Source: a virus
DNA length: 64,000 nucleotides
Virus record (IMG/VR): IMGVR_UViG_3300010354_000064
Location: 1 to 64,000 of that record
Strand: one strand, 5' to 3'
Shown here: piece by piece, positions 62,771-64,000 of the stretch
Numbering within the stretch: position 1 is the stretch's first letter
How the letters are laid out: every line of letters starts with the position of its first letter
Made by a program: the position numbers and the translations under genes
The notes under the pieces: generated by a model
Told to the model about the DNA's origin: nothing
The model's database searches: none
Seen by the model: the letters and a program-made list of their open reading frames with translations, nothing else

Positions 62771-64000
62771 TCACCCGCTCACCACAGAATCGGAGGGCTT
62801 CCTCTTGTGGAGCATGGCCTCGGTCGTCAACATCGTCCCAGCGACCGAGACGGCGTTCTGGAGCGCGCAGCGCACGACCTTGGCAGGGTCAAGCACTCCG
62901 GCATCGAGCAGGTTCTTGACCTCGAACGTCGTCGCATCGAGCCCGTGGTTGTCGTCCGCATCCTCGACGCGCGCAACCCAGAGGTCAGCCGACTCCCCGG
63001 CGTTCTGGCAGATGACTCGCAGAGGCTCGCGGCACGCCTTCAGGACGAGGTTGAAGCCAATCCACTCGGTGTCCCCCTCGGGAAGGTCGTATCGAGCGAG
63101 AGCCGCGCGTGAGCCCTCGTCACCATCGACCGCGAAGCCGACGAGCGCGTTGACCTGGAGAGCCGCGTGAATGAACGTCGTACCCCCGCCCGCAACCACG
63201 CCTTCGTCGATGCTCGACTTGGTGGCGTAGAGGGCGTCCTCCATGCGGGCTTTGAGTTCCTTCATCTCGGGTTCCGTGTGCGCGCCAACGCGAATCACGC
63301 AGACCCCTCCGAGGAGCTTGCCGAGACGCTCCCGAATTTTGTCGGCGTCGTACTCCGAGCCTGAGCGTGTGGCCTCGGCCTTCAGTTCGGCGATGCGTGC
63401 TTCGATGGCTTCGTCGGAGCCGCCCCCATCCGAGATGAGCGTCTCCTTGGCGGTGACGCGGATGCGCTTGGCCGTCCCGAGGTGTTCGAGGGTGAGCCCC
63501 TCGAAGCTCATGCCGACTTCCTTCGAGACGAAGGTCGCGCCGGTCAGTATGGCGATGTCCTTGAGCAGATAGCTCTGCTGCGTGCCGAAGCCGGGGGCCT
63601 TCACGAGGCACGAGAGGAACTGGTTGCGCTGGAGGTTCATCACGAACGTCGGGATGGCATCCCCAGAGAAGTCTGCCGCCATGATGAAGAGCGACCGGCG
63701 CTCGGCGAGGACGGCCTCGATGAGCGGGACGAGCGGACGGACGCTCCCAAGCGTCATGTCGGTCACGAGCACGTAGGGGTCGTGCAGGACCGTCTCCTGC
63801 TTACCCTCATCGGCGCAGAAGGCGGCGCTAGCCCAGCCACGGTCGAGCTTCATGCCGTCGGTTGTCTCGACAACCGTCGTGGCCTTCTTGCCCTCCTCGA
63901 TGTTGACAACCCCATCCTTACCGACCTTGGCGACCGCTTCCGCGATGACGCGGCCGATTTCCTTGTCCCCGTTGGCCGAGAGGGTTGCCACCTGGGCGAT
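62771..64000 (-). CDS. groEL: Chaperonin GroEL (5' part outside the window)
   Basis: SANGD.EIG, VGKDGV, GM..DRG, VKAPGFG, DIAILTG, ERLGKL.GGV, EDAL.ATK, GVVAGGG, GVLDPAKV.R.ALQNA.SVA. Confidence 0.95.
   Translation of the reverse strand: MAQVATLSANGDKEIGRVIAEAVAKVGKDGVVNIEEGKKATTVVETTDGMKLDRGWASAAFCADEGKQETVLHDPYVLVTDMTLGSVRPLVPLIEAVLAERRSLFIMAADFSGDAIPTFVMNLQRNQFLSCLVKAPGFGTQQSYLLKDIAILTGATFVSKEVGMSFEGLTLEHLGTAKRIRVTAKETLISDGGGSDEAIEARIAELKAEATRSGSEYDADKIRERLGKLLGGVCVIRVGAHTEPEMKELKARMEDALYATKSSIDEGVVAGGGTTFIHAALQVNALVGFAVDGDEGSRAALARYDLPEGDTEWIGFNLVLKACREPLRVICQNAGESADLWVARVEDADDNHGLDATTFEVKNLLDAGVLDPAKVVRCALQNAVSVAGTMLTTEAMLHKRKPSDSVVSG

Noticed and set aside
457-63776. Many long plus-strand and alternate-frame ORFs (e.g. 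6989..8491, 8969..10498, 22266..24077, 55662..57350)
   Set aside because: Shadow ORFs antisense to well-supported genes, as expected at this GC content.
1-64000. CRISPR array, tRNA/tmRNA genes, diversity-generating retroelement, integrase or IS
   Set aside because: By eye I saw no regularly spaced repeats, cloverleaf or T-loop motifs, reverse transcriptase, recombinase or transposase. The repeats found are intragenic. The PD-(D/E)XK gene is in a recombination context, not a cas locus.
1-64000. Stop-codon reassignment
   Set aside because: Core genes are intact under code 11, and TAG, TGA and TAA all end genes at sensible positions.

Overview
A 64-kb, high-GC segment of a large (jumbo-type) tailed dsDNA phage genome, with almost all genes on the minus strand. 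From 1 to about 34 kb is a virion morphogenesis block: tail/fibre-like and Ig-like proteins, endolysin, HK97-fold major capsid protein, decoration protein, scaffold, prohead protease, portal, large and probable small terminase, and many low-complexity proteins that look like internal head proteins. From about 34 to 60 kb is a replication/recombination/transcription block: triple-repeat HNH endonuclease, tandem-sigma4 protein, a NusG + 5'-3' exonuclease fusion, DnaX/HolA/HolB/beta clamp, primase, split SbcC/Rad50 plus SbcD, PD-(D/E)XK nuclease, RecA, RuvC-like resolvase, SSB-like protein, RecD2, LigA and class II RNR. From 60 to 64 kb are small genes and the 3' part of groEL. Reading the DNA directly shows three promoter classes, mostly at fixed distances from start codons. 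One is a six-copy bipartite promoter (CGTTGRT..CTCGTAGAGG) whose first C lies exactly 36 nt before the A of ATG. Five copies drive leaderless small genes. The sixth drives a ~515-nt, densely base-paired RNA with no credible ORF (62452 to ~61935), the best candidate for an undescribed system here. A second candidate is a virion-cargo system: a shared R-V-x-x-R-[FY]-[LM] peptide, [KR]-x-A motifs and a late promoter, whose carriers include a 2H phosphoesterase. All calls are by-eye motif recognition; no database searches were run.
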